The translations under genes were made by a program, and so were the position numbers. From Protoeuglena noctilucae (Eukaryota): a stretch of DNA of 64,000 bases. The first letter of the stretch is position 1, and each line of letters starts with the position of its first letter. Shown piece after piece: positions 35,297 through 49,500 of this stretch. The stretch is from NCBI GenBank assembly GCA_958009085.1, contig OY253669.1, positions 62,001-126,000 on the forward strand, read 5' to 3'. The notes below the pieces were generated by a model that ran no database searches, had not been told where the DNA came from, and saw nothing but the letters and a program-made list of their open reading frames with translations.

Positions 35297-38200
35297 TTAC
35301 AGGGTGGCAAACAGCGCCATGCTGCGGCAAGCTGTCATAACGCCACCCCACCCGCACCATCACCCCATCCCGCCGCTCACAACCCCCGCACACCCCATCC
35401 CACCACCCCATCACACTGCATTGCTCACGCGGGCATCCAAGGCCGCCCCGTTTGCTTTGCCCGCCCCTCTGCCCGCACCCCACCCGTCACCCCCGCCCCC
35501 GCCCCCCGCACGCCCCCCACCCGCAGCCGCCCATCCCTCGCCATCCCCACCACCCCACGCAGCTTCGGCGTTTGCAGGGGCGGCACCGCTCTGCCGTCCG
35601 CGCAGCTGTGCAGGTCCTTGGCTAACCCATCCTTGCCCTTCCCCTCATCTTTGCCTTGGTCTTTACCCTCATCTTTGCCCTGGTCTTTACCCTCATCCTT
35701 CCCCTCATCTTTGCCTTGATCCTTGCCCTCGTCTTTCCCTTCGTCTTTGCCCTTCTTTGGTTTGGGTACGGCCGGGCCCACGCCAAGCTGTGGGGAGAGG
35801 GGAGGGGAGAGGGCGAATGGGTGTCAGGGAAGGGACGGGCAAACCGGATTGACATGGGCAGTATTAACAATATGAATAGCAATGGAGTGGCCCCGTGCGT
35901 TCACTCAGCTCCCTCACTGCCACCCCCACCACCCCTGCACCACCCCCCTCACTACCCCACCCTCTCCATTACACCACCCCACCCCACCCCCTTCCCCCCC
36001 TCACTTCCCCTTTTACTACCACCATCACCCCCCTCCCTACCCCACCCTCGCCACTCCCCCCACCTACCCCACCCCATCACATCCCCCCCCTTCTTCACCT
36101 CCGCCAGCCTCTCATCGGCCACGCTCCACGTCAGCGGGTGATGCGGCGTCCCATACACGCGGTACTCCCCATCCTTGTACACCACCCCCCACGCCCCATC
36201 CACTGTTTCCTGACTCAGCACCACGCTGGCGCTGATCTTTGAAAAGCGGGGGTGATTGTGGATGTCAGAACCAGAGGAGAAGAAGGAAGAGCAGGACTGG
36301 TCCTTCACGAGCCAGACTGCGTTAGTGAGGGGAGGGGGGTGGGGTTGAGTGAATGGGAGTGAAGGGTAATGTGTGTTTGTGGGGTGAGGGGGAGCACAGG
36401 ACTGGTCCTTGATGAGCCAGACTGGGGGTAAAAAGTAAGAAAGTAATGGGGTTAAGTGAAGCACGATGTGCGTGTGTCCGTCCCATTCCCTCACCCCTCA
36501 TCCTTTTCTCCATTGAACATAACCAATTCATCCAAACCCCTCACCCTCGTCCGCCGTGAACGCTTCCCCGTCCTGGTTCCTGTGCCACTGCCAGTGGGCG
36601 TGTGTCGCGTTCACGAAATCCAACACCCCATGGCCGTAACTGGGCTCACGCACCGCGGACCAGTCGGGCTGGGGCTCCATGTACTGCAGGGGGGAGGAGG
36701 GTGGTTGTATTTGTATTCATATTAAATATTATAACTATAAACTATATAACTAGTTTATAACTATATAAACTATATATATTGGTAATTATAATCAAATGTC
36801 GACATAAGCAAGTTTATATCAATTATTAACATCGACATCGATAATGCTGATATCAGTTCCAATATCTAATGGTACACAACGGACACGCTGCACCTCTCAC
36901 CCTCACCCCCCCTCATCCCACACCACCACCACCCCTCCCCCCCCCCCTCACCCGCCACCCCCCTCACCCACCCCCTATCACCCCTCACCTCCACCGCCAG
37001 CCCCTCCCTGTTCCCCCCATCCCCGATGTTCACAAACGCCGGCCCGCAGGCATCGCCCTTCCCCTGCAAGACCCTCTCAATGCGCTCGTAGGCGTGCACA
37101 TGGCCGGAGAACACCACGTCCACGCCGTGGTCGTAGAGGATCTGTTCGAAGGAATCTTTCATGCCAAAGCTGGAGAACTCGTTCTGATGCGCCTCATTGG
37201 AGTTGTACCAGGGGGCGTGAAGCCCTACAACGACCCAGGGGGTCACTGGGGTTAAGGGGGGAGGGGGGGGTGGGGGGGGGGTGAGTGGGTGGTGAGGGTG
37301 AGGGTGGGTGGGTGGTGGGGTGTGGTGGTGAGGGTGAGGGGGGTGATGAGAGGGGGTGAGTGGTGAGTGGGTGAGTGGGGGTGGGGTGAGTGGGAGGGGG
37401 GGTGGTTGGGGAGTGGGAGAGAGGGGCTGTGCGTGTGAGTAGAGCTAGATGCATCGTCATCACCCAGCGCATCCCATCCATCCAAACCCAATAACAATAA
37501 GACTTACCGCGCACAGTTGCAATCACTAATCACCATCCGCCACCCCTCACCCGTGCGGTCGATGGATGCGAGGTCGGAGGTGAGCCACATGTGTTGGGGC
37601 GACTGGTGGGTGAATGCGTCGTAGCTGCCGAGCATAATAGCATGCACGGGGCCGACCTGGGGGGAGAGGAGGGGTGGGGTTGAGGGGTGGTGGAGGGGGG
37701 TAGTGACCGTCGCGTAAATGAGAAACGAGACAAGACAGGTATGTATTGATACATTTGGTATTTCTTATGTTTATGCATATTCTATCAATATGCAACACTG
37801 CCAGTATTAACATATAGTAAATAGCTACAACTATACGTATTGCCAGTCACTCGCCTCGTAGGAGTAGAAGAGCTTGCTGGGCGACCTCGACGCCTTGTGC
37901 GGCACCCAGTACCTGGTTTCATACGCCAGAAACGGCATCGATTCCTTGATCAGCTCCATCTCGTGGTTGCCCTCGGTGACCATCCAGGGGCGAGACGTGG
38001 CGTAGGGCTGTGTGGGGGAGGGGGTGTATGGTGAAGGGAGGAGATGAGGGGGGAGATGGGGGGGGGGGGGGGGGGGTGTATGGTATGGTTAGTGAGAGAT
38101 GGGAGGGGGGGGGGGGTGTATGGTTATTGGGAAATGAGGGGGGGGAGGTGTATGGTTTGGTTGGTGAGAGATGGGAAGGGCTGAGATGGGGGTGGGGATG

Positions 38201-40303
38201 AGAGCCAAGAAGGTGAGAGGGGGCGGAGATGAGTGTTGAGATGGGGGTGGAAATGAGAGGTAAGAAGGGTGGGAGATGAGAGTTGAGAAGGGGGGGACAT
38301 GACGGGAGAACTCCGCAGTCAAAGGGGGCAAAAGAGAGGGGGCGCTGTCTCTCTTATGCCCTCTTTGACCACGCATCCCTCCGTCATCTCCCCCATCTCA
38401 GCTCGTGTTGGATGTGAGGAGGGGGATGGGGGAGTGGGGATGCATGGTGAGAGGGGGATGAGGGGATGGGGGAGTGGTTGCGTGCTGAGCCAGTCCCATC
38501 TCTGCTTTTTATGCACTCTACTCATGCATCTGTCTATCATCTCTCTCTCACCTGCACCAGCTGCGCATACGAGTCCCATCTCTGCTGGTCCGTGTCTGCG
38601 TACGACAGATCCCCCACCAGCATGACGGACTGGGGACTGTTGGCATCCAGGTGCTCCAGGGTGTGGAGGGAGTTCTGCGATTGGAGATAGGATGAAGTGG
38701 AAATGAGTCACTGAGATTTGTTTAAATTTCAAATCAAGTCACCGTGAAATGAGAGTGCGATGTGGGTGCGGAGCGGGCCTGGTTAGATGGGAAGTGGCAG
38801 AGAGGGCCTTTGGTCTCGAGAGATATTAAAGATATGAGAAGAGAGTCGCATGCCGAGTGGGATAGGCACAAATTGATGAGATGAGATGAGCATTGTGTGC
38901 GCACATGCACACACGCCATCGCACACATGCCATCGCTCGCCTTGGTCTGCCCCAGGTCGCCCACTAGGCCCAGGCGGTAGGGAAAGGCGCCGGGAGCCGG
39001 CTGAGTCACGAAACTGCAGAGATTAGGAGATTAGAGATAAGCATGGTGAACATGGCACGGCGCACACCACTGCACCACCACTACACCCATCGCACGTGCG
39101 CATCACGGCATCTCCAGATACCGCATATGTTCACTAACCACGCCAGCAGCCGCCTCGGCAAACATCGCTTCTCGCCACCCACCTGAACTCGTCGCTCCAG
39201 TCGGCATCGTCGCTGCCCACGATGTAGTACACCGTCGTGCCCGGGGCCAGGTCGCCGCAGGCCACCGAGTTGTGGTAGAAGAGTCCCGATTGGTAGTCGG
39301 GAGTCGCGTAGTAGGACGGCGAGGTGCAGTGGCGCTCCGTGTAGCTGCCGCTGTCCGTCCCCCAGCGCACGCAGCCCTGCTGGCCGCTCAAGTCCACCTT
39401 GTCGAAGGTGCGGGGGTCCACCCAGCTCACTGCGGCGCGGAAATGAATCCAATAAAGCGTCGCGGCGGTGCGGCGGGGCGAGCGGCCCGCAGGACGCGCG
39501 CAGGCGCGGGGTGCAGCGCTGCAACGCGACCCGCTCGCCTTCGATCGTGCCACCCGCCCCCAGCGCCAGGTGGACCTGCTCCGGGCCCGTGTGGTGCGTG
39601 TTCGGCGCGGGCGTGTGGTGCTTGGAGACGTCACGCAGCGTCCGGGAGCACTCGGCGGGCCTGCAGTGGCGGCGCAGGGGCGGGGGATGGAACCGCGCGG
39701 GGGCGCGGCGCGGCGCTCGGAGCGGGCGCAGCGCGGAACGAGGGGAGCGCGTAGGTATATTTTGAAGAACGCGCCGCCCGATCGCGGGGCCCGCCGGCCG
39801 ACAATTCGCACAAAGCATCTTTTTGACTGGCCGCCTGGGCATGGCCGCGGACGCGCGGCGGCGGCCGGTGCGCCGCACTCGACGCACACGCGGGGTTTGA
39901 ATGGCAAACGAGGCCCCGGGGAGCGGAATGCGTGGGCGCGGGGGCACGCGATCGGGTTGGGGAAGATGCTTTCGCGCCGCCCGACTGCTCGCGTCCCCGC
40001 GCGCCGCACCGCGTCCGGCCCGGCGCCGGCCCGGCGCGCGGAGGCACGATCGCGATCCGTTATCGCTGCCCGATGGCGCAGCGGGCCGCACAGGCGCGCG
40101 CGTCCCGGCTCCCGCCCTCACCCGCAGGATGCCCCATCACGCAGGCGCCGCGCGCGCGAGAAGGCCTCGTGGTCCAGCGGCAGGGGCTCATCCGGCGGAG
40201 GTCGCGTCACCATGCGCGTGACTCCCGCGCGCGCTCCGGACGGGAGGCTCGCCCCGCCCAGGACGGCCAGGAGGGCGGCCACGGCCAGCCCCCGCTGCCA
40301 CAT
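35297..40303 (-). CDS. Secreted purple acid phosphatase (FN3-like N-domain + metallophosphoesterase) with C-terminal extension; 3' end approximate
   Basis: Signal peptide MWQRGLAVAALLAVLGGA; PEQVHLAL; all five PAP metal-ligand motifs GDLG, GDLSY, GNHE, VGLH, GHVH; GDGGNREG; REPSYGHG. Confidence 0.92.
35630..35755 (-). repeat. 12-bp tandem repeat encoding (GKDE/GKDQ)n
   Basis: ORF 35425..35781 reads KGKDEGKDEGKDQGKDEGKDEGKDQGKDEGKDQGKDEGK. Confidence 0.9.
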
Positions 40304-40916
40304 CCGCTACCGCTGGGCCCGCGTTCCCGGCCGATGGCCCTCCTTTCAGTGCGTCTCGCGATCGGGCGTGTTTAACGAAGCGGATACTCGCGCGGAGATG
40401 TGCCCGCACGCCGGCGCCGGGGATGCTTTGGGGCGCGTCCCGGGGCGGGCACAGGCGGGCGCCTGACGCGCCTCTGGCAGACCAACGCGACCGGCGCGGC
40501 GGGCCGATGACGCGGGGGGATTTGGAGAGAGCGGCCATGAATCTGTAGATGCAGCAGCTGCGCTGTCCGTCCTCCGCGATAAGCTGCTGCTTGTAGGGTG
40601 CGCCCGGTGCCCCTGCCATGCGCGCGTGACGCCCGGGGCAGACGCGACGGCACGGGACGCACCGCTTGCGAGCGGGCGCGTCTAAGAACTAGGGAGGCCC
40701 CCGCTGCGGTGAACTGAGGCGAGGCGCGCGGTGGAAGTGGGCCGAAAGGGGTCGACGTTGGACCAACGCAGCCCAGACGGCGTCCGGGAGCGTTTTCGCC
40801 ATCTCCGCGGACTCATCGAAGGATTCCAATCGAGCGCATGAGTTCGCATCGACCGAGCGGATGACAGTCGCGCGCGCGAGACCTTTGTTGCCCGCTCCCC
40901 ACCTGCGCAGGCTTGG

Positions 40917-43521
40917 ATGCCCGAGGACGGCCACGACCGGGGCCCCGGGGAGCCCTCGAGCTCCGTGGCGGCCAGGCACTCCTTCACGCCGCGGCAGACC
41001 GCCAAGCTGAAGCGCACGATGCAGCCCGTGCTGGCGAGCATCCTCCACCCGCTGCGGTGCGTCCCGCCGCGCGCGAGGGCCACCGCCCGGGCCCGGACGC
41101 CCTTTCTTTGCATAGTTTATGACTTTCTCTACATCGTGACGTCTCCGTGGCCCGCCCGCGCAGGACCCTGGGCGACGCGGACATCGACATGCTGCAGACG
41201 CAGACGCTCGCGAGCCTTTCCGCGCAGCTGCAGGACGACCGCGGCGTCGATCGCGGATATCGGTGAGGTCGTTACATATTCCCTATCGCCGCGCTGCCGG
41301 GACGCGAGAGGCTCGCGGTGGGGCGGTGTTGCGACGCGACCCGGCTTCTGCACATTATACTCGCTCCGCGCCCCACCCCCGCAGCGTCCCCGGCGATGTC
41401 CTGGTTGCGGAATCGGCCGTGGATGGCATCCGCGCGTCCTTCACCGCCGTCGGGCCCCTGTCGCTCGACCCCGGCCGCCACTCCCTGTCCGGACGCCTGC
41501 CCCCTCTGGTGAGTTATGATTGCATGGCTTGCGTCAGCCCCTCTTGTGTGTGTCTGTGTGTGCTGTGCGGCATTGCGATTGCGCTGCCACGCTGTCTCTC
41601 CACCTCTCCAGCCCTCCATCTCCCCACCCCCACACCAACCCCCATTCCACTCTCACTTCCCACCCCCCACTCCCCTCCCTCTCCCCCCCAGCCCTCCATC
41701 TTCCCCCCCACCGGCCTCCGCTTTTCCGACGTCGCCGCCTCCCGCGACGCCCCCCCCATCAAAGAGATCCTCGAGTCCGCACTCAACCAGCCGGGCATAC
41801 CCCACGTCATACCCCCCCAGAACCCAGCGCTGGCCTGGCGAAGGGCGGAGATGAGAGACGCGTCTACACAGGCGGATTTGGTGGCTGGGGTGGGGGCGGG
41901 GGTTGCGACGGCCAATGCAGCGGTGGGGAATGCGTCAAGAGTAGGCACGACGCAGTCATCGGGATTGGGAGTGGGGGTGTCTGCGCCCATTGCCGTGCCT
42001 GGGTCGCCGGTCGGGGCGCAGAGCGACGGGGGGGCGTCGTCGGAGGTGAGGGGAGAGGTGGTGGTGGTGGTGGTAATATGTGTTAAGGGGTGTTGTAAAG
42101 TGCAAGGAGAGAGACTGCAGTGCATGGGATGGGTAGAGTGACTGGTGTGACGGATGGCAACACGGCGCTTTAACTTACCCCACCCGCTCACCCCACTCTC
42201 TCACCACCCCCTCTCCCGCTCTCCCACCCCCACCCACTCTCACCCCATCCACCCCACTTACAAACCCCCCTCTTCTCTCCCGCCCAGCGCCCCCCCGGCA
42301 GTCCCTCCTCCTTCACGCTCCCCCCCCGCTCCCCGACGGGCCAGGGCAGCTGGGGCGCCACCACAGATAGGGACCGCATGCCGTCCCCCAATGCGAGGGG
42401 CAGGGAGCGGAAGCTGAGCGAGTTTGTACGCACGAGGTCGTCTGCTAGGGAAGGGGATGGGGAGGGGAGGCCGGCGACGGCGGAGGTGAGGGGTGTGGAT
42501 GAGAGAGGGGGTGTGGATGTGTGGGTGTGGATGTGTCTGTGTGTTTGTGTGTGCACAGTAAGAGTGTTACTGCGGAAGTGAGCGGGGGAGTAATGAAGGG
42601 TGTTCGCCCACCCCCCACTCACCCCCACTCTCTTGCACCCCACTCGCCCCACCCCACTCATCCCTCCCCACCCACTCACCCACCCTCCCCACCCCCCTCC
42701 CCTCCCCCCCAGGCCCTCTCCTCTTCCCGCACCGGGCCCCCCACCCGCAGCTCCCGCCTTCGCCCCAGCACAGAAGCCGGCCCTGCCCCCACCTCCCCAC
42801 GCCACACCACCCGCCCCTCCACTGTACCTGCCGAGGTCGCCGCCGTTTCTGACAGGCTCACTCCCACCAGAAACAGGATGGGAGCCACGGTATCGGGTCC
42901 TTTAGCAGAGAGGGCGATTGCGGAGGAGGGGGGGGAGGGGTTAACGGCAGGGGTGGGGGTGGCGGCGCATGTGGGGTTGCCGGCAGCGGTTGCGTGGGGT
43001 GCGGATTCGGAGATGGGTGATAATAACAGTGGTAATGCGGGTGCGGATGCGGGTGTGGGCGTGGGTGCGGCGAGGGGGAGGAGGGCGACGTTGGCGTCGA
43101 GGGGGGGGGATGGGGCAGGGGCGGCGGATGAGATATTGATGGCGCAGGTGAGAATGGAAGGGGGGTGTTAGTGTGTTGTGAGTGTAGTTCATGGATGTAT
43201 GGTTTGTAGCAAACGAGGTATGGGTGGCGCAGGTGAGGGGGTGTTGGGGTGGATGGTGGGTGTTGTGGGTGTGTGAGGAGTGGGGCTATGCAATCATAAA
43301 CCTACACTCACATTCGATCATACTCTATAATTCTCAATACCCCACTTATAACCGCAGGAGGCCTTCGAGTTCAAATACGCCGACATGCAGGAGGAGCTGG
43401 TGGGTGCTCGCCGTCGCATTGAGGCATTGGAGGCAGAGTTGGATGTGGTGACCAAGCTTCACAACGCGATGCTGGAGGAGCAAGCGAGGACGGCGCAGGA
43501 CATGGGGCTGGGGAAGGTCGA

Positions 43522-43556
<35 letters not shown>

Positions 43557-46500
43557 TGTGTGTGTGTGTGTGTGTATGTGTGTGTGTAAGGGGGGGGGTG
43601 TGATGGTGTGGTTGCTTTGGGTGCAGTTTGTCATGTGGGGTGTGGGGTATGGGATAATGCATAACCCCTATTTCATTACGCACATCTCATCGCACTTTAC
43701 CCCCACTCATGTCACATGCATTATGTCACTCTGTTAATGCTACTTCATCCACTATCCACCTCTCCCCCCCCCCCCCCCCCAGCCTGGGCGACCCCATGCT
43801 CATGCTCCGCGCGAAGGAGATGTACGAGACGCGCATCGCCAGCCTTCGCGAGTCGGAGGAGGGACTGGGGAAGGACAATCGGCGATTGAAGGAGCAGCGG
43901 AAGGATCTGCAGGACGAGGTGTCCCGGCTGACCAAGAGGCTCAACACGGAGGTGTTTGCGCGAGATCAGGTGAGAGACGAGGGGTGGGGATTGGTAATGA
44001 GGGATGGGTACGGTTTGTAATGGAGCCCTTGAGGTGTTTGCCATCGCTCGCGCACCCCCACCCATTCCACCCACACCACCGTTGATAATGACAGCTCACA
44101 GCATTGACGTTTGCGGTATCGCGAACGCAATCCACTTTACACCAAAACCCTAACCCTACACCACCCCCCCTCTCAGGCCATCAAGCGCCAGGAGCACTAT
44201 TGTGAATCGCTTACCCTATCCCACTTTTCCAAAACACCTCCCCCTCCCCTTTCAGGCCATCAAAGCTCACAAATGGGTCCCTGTGCCTTTACGCTAGGTC
44301 ATTGCTCACCCACCCCACTTTACCCAGTCCCATGTCACCCCCCCTTCAGGCCATCAAACTGCTGAAGCACGTTTCACTCACCTGTCCGACCCCACTTTAT
44401 CCATTCCACCCCCCCCCTTCAGGCCATCAAGCGCCTGGAGCACGTCCGAGAGACGTTGAAGGGCCAGATCGAGACCCTTAAAGCACAGATTGAGGAGCTG
44501 ACGGGGTATTTGAAGCAGAGGGACGAGGAGAGGGTCGACATGAAGCGGCAGGTGAGGTGTTGGGGGGTGGGTGGTGGGTGGGGTAGTATGCGTTGGAGTG
44601 AGCTTGGGTGGATGGGAAGAGCGGCTGGTGTGGGGGGGAGTGTTCGACGCGCCCATACGTCATTTTTGATAAATATTGATAGTTTGTAATATCAGTACCA
44701 CTAATGAACTCGATATTAAAGCATCCCGTCCCCTCCTCCCTTTGCAGCTGGACAAGAAGGACAAGGACCTTCTCACTTCCGAGATGGAGCGCCGTGCTTT
44801 AAAGGACGCCCTGGAGAAACAGCGGAACGCCACCGAGCACGCCGAGCAGGAGGTGTTGCAGTTGAATGGGAAAATGCAGGAGGCGATCAACGAGTGGAAG
44901 AGCAAGCTGGATGAGCAGATGAGGAACTTCGAGGCCGACATGCAGGAGTTCACGCACATGAAGGAGACCTACGCCGAGCTGCAGACCGAGGCGAGTGGGG
45001 GGGGTTGTTTTGAAATGGAAATTGGGGTGTGGGGAGGATGGGTCAGCTTACTTTAAGACGCGCTTTGTGATTATTGTTTAGTAATAACTGGTCATGTTAT
45101 TGGTAATGTTGATACCATTGATGTTATTTATCAGTATTTATGTAATTTTTTTATTTTATAGTTTTATTATTTATAATTGATATTGATATTGATATTTTTT
45201 ATTATAGTTATTGACCTGATCCCCTTTCCTCTTCATCCCCACAGCGCCGTGCTGTCCAGGATCTGTTTGAGGCCGAGACCAAGTCCACCGCCGAGCTGCG
45301 GCACCACGAGAGGGTGCACCTGATGCGCATACACGATCTGGAGGAGCAGGGTGAGTGGGGAGTAGATGAGAGATGAGAGTAGATGAGATTGGGATGATGG
45401 TGAGAGAGTGTACATTTTACTAGTGGTGCAACCACCTGTCCATACAAGTGGCAACAACCTTCCTCCCTCTCACCCCCTGCATCGTCTCACCCTCACTTAC
45501 CCCACCCCAACACCCGCACACCCACTCCTCCCCCCCAGTCCGCGTGCGTGACGACGAGATCACTCGCCTCAAAGCCCTGGTTGCCAGCCTGGAGAGACGC
45601 GTGCAGGAGGACGGCGTGATCATCGACGGTCTAAAAGCGGTGGCCAGGGAGAAGGAAAGACTCGAACGCGCGCTGGCGGAGGAGAAGGAGACGTCGGCCA
45701 AGCGATACCAGGCATTGGTGGCGGAGGCGCGCAAGGTGACGGGGGGGCGGCTGGATGGGGGTGGAGGGGAGGAGGGGAGGGGGCGATTGGTTCGAGGTTC
45801 GACGGGGGTTTGGTCGTGCTGTCGGCTTTTCACTGGGTGATCACGACACTGTTGGTAATGATGCGACCCTGTGGCTAGTAACACCACCTTTCAAATAACT
45901 CCCCCTAATTCTCTCCCCCCTCAGTTCGAGGTGGAGTGCACGAGGCTGGCCCGCATGCTGGAGGACGAGCGTCACGAGGCGACATTGGCAAGGGCCGACA
46001 TGGAGGACGCACGCAGCACCGCAGACCGCTTAGCCGCGGAAGCAGATCTGCTCAAGGGAATGCTGAAGGCCACGAAAGATGAGCTGGCGCAGGCTCAGGC
46101 CAAGGCGAGCCGGTTCGAGTCTCTTTGCGCGGAGGCGAGAGGGGACGTCCACGCGGCGCAGCGGCAGATGGGGAAGCTGATCGAGGAGAACGAGGAGCTC
46201 AAGGAGACGAACAAGGCGAGTGGTTGTTAGTTATTGGATGGGAAGTGGTTTATCATTACCACGACTGTGTTGCAACCTTGGCACGCTCTTGTCGCCCGTC
46301 CCTCGTCGTCCCTGCCCCCGCACTCATCCCTCTCCCCGCTCTCTATCGCCCGCTTTCTTCCCTCTCCCAGTCCCATCGCTCTTACCCGCACCTGCAAGCT
46401 TCAACACACCCCCATACTCCTCTCTCTCTCTCCCCCGCCCACAGTCGCTCGTGCACCGGGTGGAGGCGCTCACCCAAGAGCTGGAGGAGCTGCGGGAGAT

Positions 46501-49500
46501 GCACTACAAGATCAAGGGACAGTACGCGGACATGGAGGCGGAATTTGAGAAGTTCCGCGAGCAGAGCCGCAGGGAGCTGGAGGAGCTGCAGGGGGAGAGG
46601 CGCGACCACGTGGGGCACGTCGAGGCCCTCAAGGCCAAGGCGAGCGCGACGCACGCGGCGTTAGATGCTCGCGAAATGTCATTTTTACTTGCTTATCGAT
46701 AGTCGCGCATAGCTGCGCGGAATCGCGCACCCTGCGCTGTGTGCCAGTCGACGTCTCTGCGGTCAGGACGCCGGGCGTTTGCGCGCGATTCTGCCGCCTC
46801 TGCGCTGCGGCGAGGGCTTGGTGCATATCTACATATCATTTGCGTTCTCTTGGATTCTGCGCTGCGGCTGCTCTCGGCTTTTCCAGGCGCAGGGACCTGC
46901 CTGTGCCCCTGCGCCGTTCCCCCGCCATGCATCTCCTTCTCCTTCCCATCGCAGGTCCGGCAGCTCGCGCCGCTCCCGGAGCAGCTGCGCGAGACGAAGG
47001 AGGAGCTCGAGTCGGTGCGCAAGGCCCTGGAGAAGCTCCGGGCGCAGCACGCGGCGCTGTCGACCGAAAAGATCGACGTCGACCGCAAGCTCCGGGAGGT
47101 GAGGGCTGTTATTTACGCTGCTGCGATGGGTGCGGGCGACGGTCTTTGCAAAGCATCGCAGTCTCGAGATGCCGGGGAACAGGAACTGCACTGCAGCTGT
47201 GTTGCTGCGTCCGTCGCCGGCAAATGCGCCAGTCTCGCAGTCTCCCTTTCACAGCGTGCCTCGCCTGCCCCACTGCGATGCGCTGCGTCTTGCATCTCAT
47301 TAATCCATTGTGCATCCTTACCGCAACCCCAGGTCCAGCAAGAGCGCGACGTTTTCGAGGGCGAAGTGCGTGGACTGCAGCGTGACAAGCAGAACCTCGA
47401 AGATCGACTGGCGGAGGCCCAGGCGCAGATCGCAGACCTGCAATCGGACGTCCAGGAATTAGAAGGACAGGCGAACGCGCTGCAGGACCGTTTTGACGAG
47501 CTGCAGCGGCAGCACGACGCGCTGACAGCGGCGCATGCCAGGCTTGGGGCTGACCACGAGGAGTTGCTCCGGGAGCACGCGATGCTGCAGAGGGTGCACC
47601 AGAGGTGAGTTCGGGGAGCGAGTAAATGTCTCTTTGGTATCTTTGTTACACAAAGGTGCCAACAACTGAGGGTGGTGTTGTGTTGATGACGGCGTGCGAC
47701 GGCAGGGTTGCGAGGAGGGTGGTGGCACTGCTGCTCCGGTCTGCCGCATCCTTTCGCAATGACCACCAACGAACCTGTACGCAACTCAACTCCCAACTCT
47801 CAATTCTCTACTATGTCCAAAACTGACTCTCGAACTCATTCAGTCGCAAGCCACCACCCCTCTACCCCCCCAGGCACGTGGAGGAATCTGACGAGCGCAT
47901 CCGCGTTCTGACGTCGGAGCGGGACGAGGCGCGCGAGGAGCGGGACTACCTGCGCAGCGTGGACGGCCCCAAGAACAAGCTGATCGAGGGACTGAAGGAG
48001 AGACTGGCCAAGCCGCTGGAGATCCCGGAAGTGAAGGCGCTCGTGGACCACATTCGGCAGGTGAGGGTGTGATGGGGTGTGTGGTGGTGCGTGAAGTGGG
48101 TGGGTGCATGATGTGAGATGGCGCATGATGATTGTGGGGTGGTGCAGGAGTCCTGAAGTGTGTAGATGGTGTGGGCATGCGGTGTGGAGCGGCAAAGCGC
48201 GTGTGTATATCTGGTATGTTCGGCATTACCACAGCAATACCCAGGCCTTGTGCGTCACGAACGCTCTCCCAACACATATCGTGTTCCCTGCACCACACAG
48301 AAGCTGGAGGAGGAGACCAAAGCACGGTTGTTCCGCGAGAAGTACGCCAGCACGCTGCAGGCCAAAGTGAAGGAACTAGAAGAGCGCATCCGGCAGCTGA
48401 CGGCGCCGGGGGTGCGGCAGCCGAGGCACAGGGCCGTGCAGGTGAGGGGGAGAGGGAGAGGTGAGAGGTGGAGGTGAGGGACGGTGCAGGTGAGGGAATG
48501 GAGGGGTTGAGAGGAAGAGGAAGAGGAACAGGGCAACACTCAGCCCTCACCACCTCCTAGCCCCACTCCACCCTCCCGCCCTATCACCACCCGCCCCACT
48601 CACCACTATCACCACCACCACCACCCACTTCACCACCACCACGCGCCCCACTCAGTCCACTCCACCCCAACCACCACCCCTCCCCCCCCAGGTCACCCCG
48701 ACCGATCTCTGGGACGACGAGATGGCAGCGGCAGCCAGGGACGCATCCGCCGCAGCTGAGGTGGTATTACCCACTCTCCAATCCCGCGCCACCAGTCCCT
48801 TACGATTCTCACGGCCGAGCACCCAGCAGCGCACCCGCACGCCCTCCCCCTCGCCCTCGCCCCCGCCACCCCCGCCCGGCCCCTTCCCAGGCGCCGACTG
48901 GGTCTTTGATGTGTTGATTGAGGCGGGGGCGGACGCAGAGGGCGCGGCGCGGCAAGCGGCGATGGTGGGGACGCCGATTGGAGCGGGTGGCAGAGCGGTG
49001 TCACCTGCGGGTGTGAGGTCGCCATCACGGTCGCCACCCCGCACCCCCGGGTCGCCTGGGAGGGGTGGGAGCCGAGGGGCGGCGGGGGAGGCGCGCGTCA
49101 TGACGCCACAGGCTGTGATGGATGTGATTTACGAGGTGAGGGAGTGGGATGGGTAGATGTTTAGGTGAATGGGTGGGTGATTCTAGGTGCGGTGGGTGAT
49201 GTGCGCTATGTGTTGTTAGCTTGTAATGGACATACAACTCAAATCTCATAATCGATGTTGGTAATAGCGCGTGTCCTCACCCATCCCATCCCAGGTGTAC
49301 AAGGAGAAGGTCAAAGCGGACATGGCCAACGCGAGATGGGGCGGCGCGCCCCACTCCCTGAAAGCCTTCACTTCTCAGCTATTCCACCTTCGATACTCGG
49401 TGCGATCGGTCGCGCTGCGGCAATTGCGGGACCTGGGGCACAACGTCAGGCGGTACCGCCACTTGCTGCCGGTTGCCAAGTTCGGCCTATCGTGCGGTTT

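Noticed and set aside
44143..44158. Interstitial telomere-like CCCTAA repeats (also 53085-53098 and ~62000-62070)
   Set aside because: Only about 2 units and degenerate, indistinguishable from the general C-rich intron low complexity.
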